The notes under the pieces were generated by a model. That model was given only the letters and a program-made list of their open reading frames with translations, was not told where the DNA came from and searched no databases. Source: Kangiella sp. (GTDB lineage: Bacteria; Pseudomonadota; Gammaproteobacteria; Enterobacterales; Kangiellaceae). Taken from it: DNA of 48,351 nucleotides. Below are positions 48,195-48,351 of this stretch, in pieces. Made by a program: the position numbers and the translations under genes. The stretch lies in assembly GCA_026195755.1 (NCBI GenBank), contig JAPHRL010000068.1, forward strand, positions 1 through 48,351. Reading direction: 5' to 3'. The first letter of the stretch is position 1. Every line of letters starts with the position of its first letter.

Positions 48195-48351
48195 TTGAAT
48201 CTTTGAATAATTACAGAACATTAAGGCAAAGAGGATTGATTGCAGACTTTAAAAAGGAAACATTCGATCCCGAAAGTAGTTTAGCAAGAATTGGCGGCGG
48301 ATCTCTTGGCGGTAAAGCCAGAGGATTAGGATTTGTAAATACATTAATTAC
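48188..48351 (+). other. Internal fragment of a PEP/pyruvate-binding (PEP synthase/PPDK-like) protein, unrelated to the preceding gene
   Basis: Open frame with no start codon: DLIESLNNYRTLRQRGLIADFKKETFDPESSLARIGGGSLGGKARGLGFVNTLI. Confidence 0.65.

Overview
This looks like a 48 kb chromosomal window from a marine gammaproteobacterium; gene content and style suggest Kangiella, which is an inference. The left part is an envelope and housekeeping block: partial bepA, perM, two inserted genes, PIN-PhoH, bcp, dapA-bamC-MBL hydrolase, an RstAB-like two-component pair, a chalcone-isomerase/TonB fusion, an M14 carboxypeptidase plus saccharopine dehydrogenase, a catalytically degenerate prolyl oligopeptidase, nadA and a lipoprotein methyltransferase. 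The centre is a sulfur/methionine/B12 supercluster: cysB, cysK, metJ, metX-metB-metL-metF, metH, and a cobalamin riboswitch with btuB-pduO-DUF6580. It carries several Met-box arrays and is interrupted by a cusCBA-type efflux operon. That operon is led by a small exported Cys/Met/His-rich ORF ending in an RPP motif, a candidate copper-sensing ribosome-arrest leader. The right part holds an amidohydrolase, a membrane AraC regulator, REP-like palindromes, tRNA-Ser(GGA) with a tandem 3'-end repeat, and rimK with its protease partner. It ends in a Pho-box-driven alkaline phosphatase gene that breaks off at about 48186 into an unrelated PEP-synthase-like fragment, probably an assembly chimera. No CRISPR array, transposase, integrase or phage genes were seen. 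All calls come from motif recognition by eye, with no database searches.
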